This document shows, in pieces, positions 63,136-64,000 of a DNA stretch of 64,000 nucleotides. Below the pieces are notes generated by a model. The model had not been told where the DNA came from, did no database searches, and was given only the letters and a program-made list of their open reading frames with translations. The first letter of the stretch is position 1, and each line of letters starts with the position of its first letter. The DNA lies in the NCBI RefSeq assembly GCF_009914755.1, contig NC_060940.1. One strand, given 5' to 3'. The position numbers and the translations under genes are program-made. The stretch is from the human T2T-CHM13v2.0 reference genome, Homo sapiens.

Positions 63136-64000
63136 GGCCGGGTGCGGTGGCTCATGCCTATAATCCTAGCACTCTGGGAGGCTGAGGCAGGCAGATCACC
63201 TGAAGTCAGAAACTCAGGTCAGAAGCTGAGGTCAGAAGCTCAAGACCAGCCTGGCCAACATGGTGAAACCCCATCTCTACTAAAAATACAAAAACTAGCC
63301 AGGCATGTGGCGGGCACCTCTAATCCCAGCTACTCAGGAGGCTGAGGCAGGAGAATTGCTTGAACCCAGGAGCCAAGATTGCACTACTGTACTCCAGCCT
63401 GGGCAACAGAATGTGAGACTCCGTATCAAAAAAAAAAAAAGAGGCTCTACATGGTAGCTGGGAGGTGGAGGTGGCTTACACCTGTAATCCCAGCACTTTG
63501 GGAGGGAGGCAGTGGTGGGAGGATCGCTTGAGGAAGGAGTTTCGAGACCAGCCTGTGAACACAGCCAAGACTTCATCTCTACAAAAAATTTTAAAAATTA
63601 GCCAGGTGTGGTGGCACATGCCTGTAGTCCTAACTACTTGGGAGGCTGAGGCGGGAGGAGTGCTTGAGCCCAGGATTTCAAGGCTGTAGTGAGCTATGAT
63701 CACATCAATGCACTCCAGTCTTAGAGAAAGAACAAGACCCTGTCTCTAAAAAAAATAAATTAAAAAAAAAAGCGGCGGGGGGGCGGCCAGGCACGGTGGC
63801 TCACACCTGTAATCCCAGCACTTCGGGAGACAGAGGCAAGCGGATCACAAGGTCAGGAGTTTGAGACCAGCCTGGCCAACACAGTGAAATCCCGTCTCTA
63901 CTAAAAATACAAAAAATTAGCCGGGTGTGTTGGCAGGTGCCTGTAATCCCAGCTACTTGGGAGGCTGAGGCAGGAGAATCGCTTGAACCCGGGAGGCAGA
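63136..64000 (+). mobile_element. Three tandem Alus (last one cut by the window end)
   Basis: 63136-63440, 63465-63770, 63784-64000. Confidence 0.92.

Overview
Human genomic DNA that I recognise as the NDRG4-SETD6-CNOT1 locus (16q21). (1) NDRG4 on +: an internal TATA promoter, a first coding exon (MPECWDG, 1482-1502) and 14 more exons ending at TGA 12807-12809. They sum to 1059 nt = 352 aa, or 339 aa without the 39-nt cassette. The 3' UTR is about 1.8 kb (AATAAA 14629). (2) SETD6 on +: a CpG-island gene, CDS 16771-20262, 473 aa, or 449 aa when a 72-nt in-frame intron is removed. (3) CNOT1 on -, converging on SETD6: the last 33 exons (61606 down to TAG 22191), 5152 coding nt, all junctions frame-consistent. 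Its introns host the H/ACA snoRNAs SNORA46 (49732-49866) and SNORA50A (61040-61175). There are about 35 Alus plus Tigger/MER2, L1, L2 and MIR fragments. Most ORFs in the supplied track are GC-rich or Alu noise. I cannot demonstrate a new biological system. The most interesting signals cluster in CNOT1 introns: a diverged duplicate of an exon 5' half with intact acceptor, in-frame stop and downstream AATAAA (41467-41589); a degenerate second SNORA46 hairpin (51438-51501); a possible SNORA50-like relic; an intronic-polyadenylation isoform whose tail and poly(A) site look L2-derived; candidate poison exons; and a CpG-retaining, hairpin-rich intronic element (25600-25800). CNOT1 exon numbers assume the 49-exon model I recall, counted back from the last exon. 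Repeat boundaries are approximate, read by eye.
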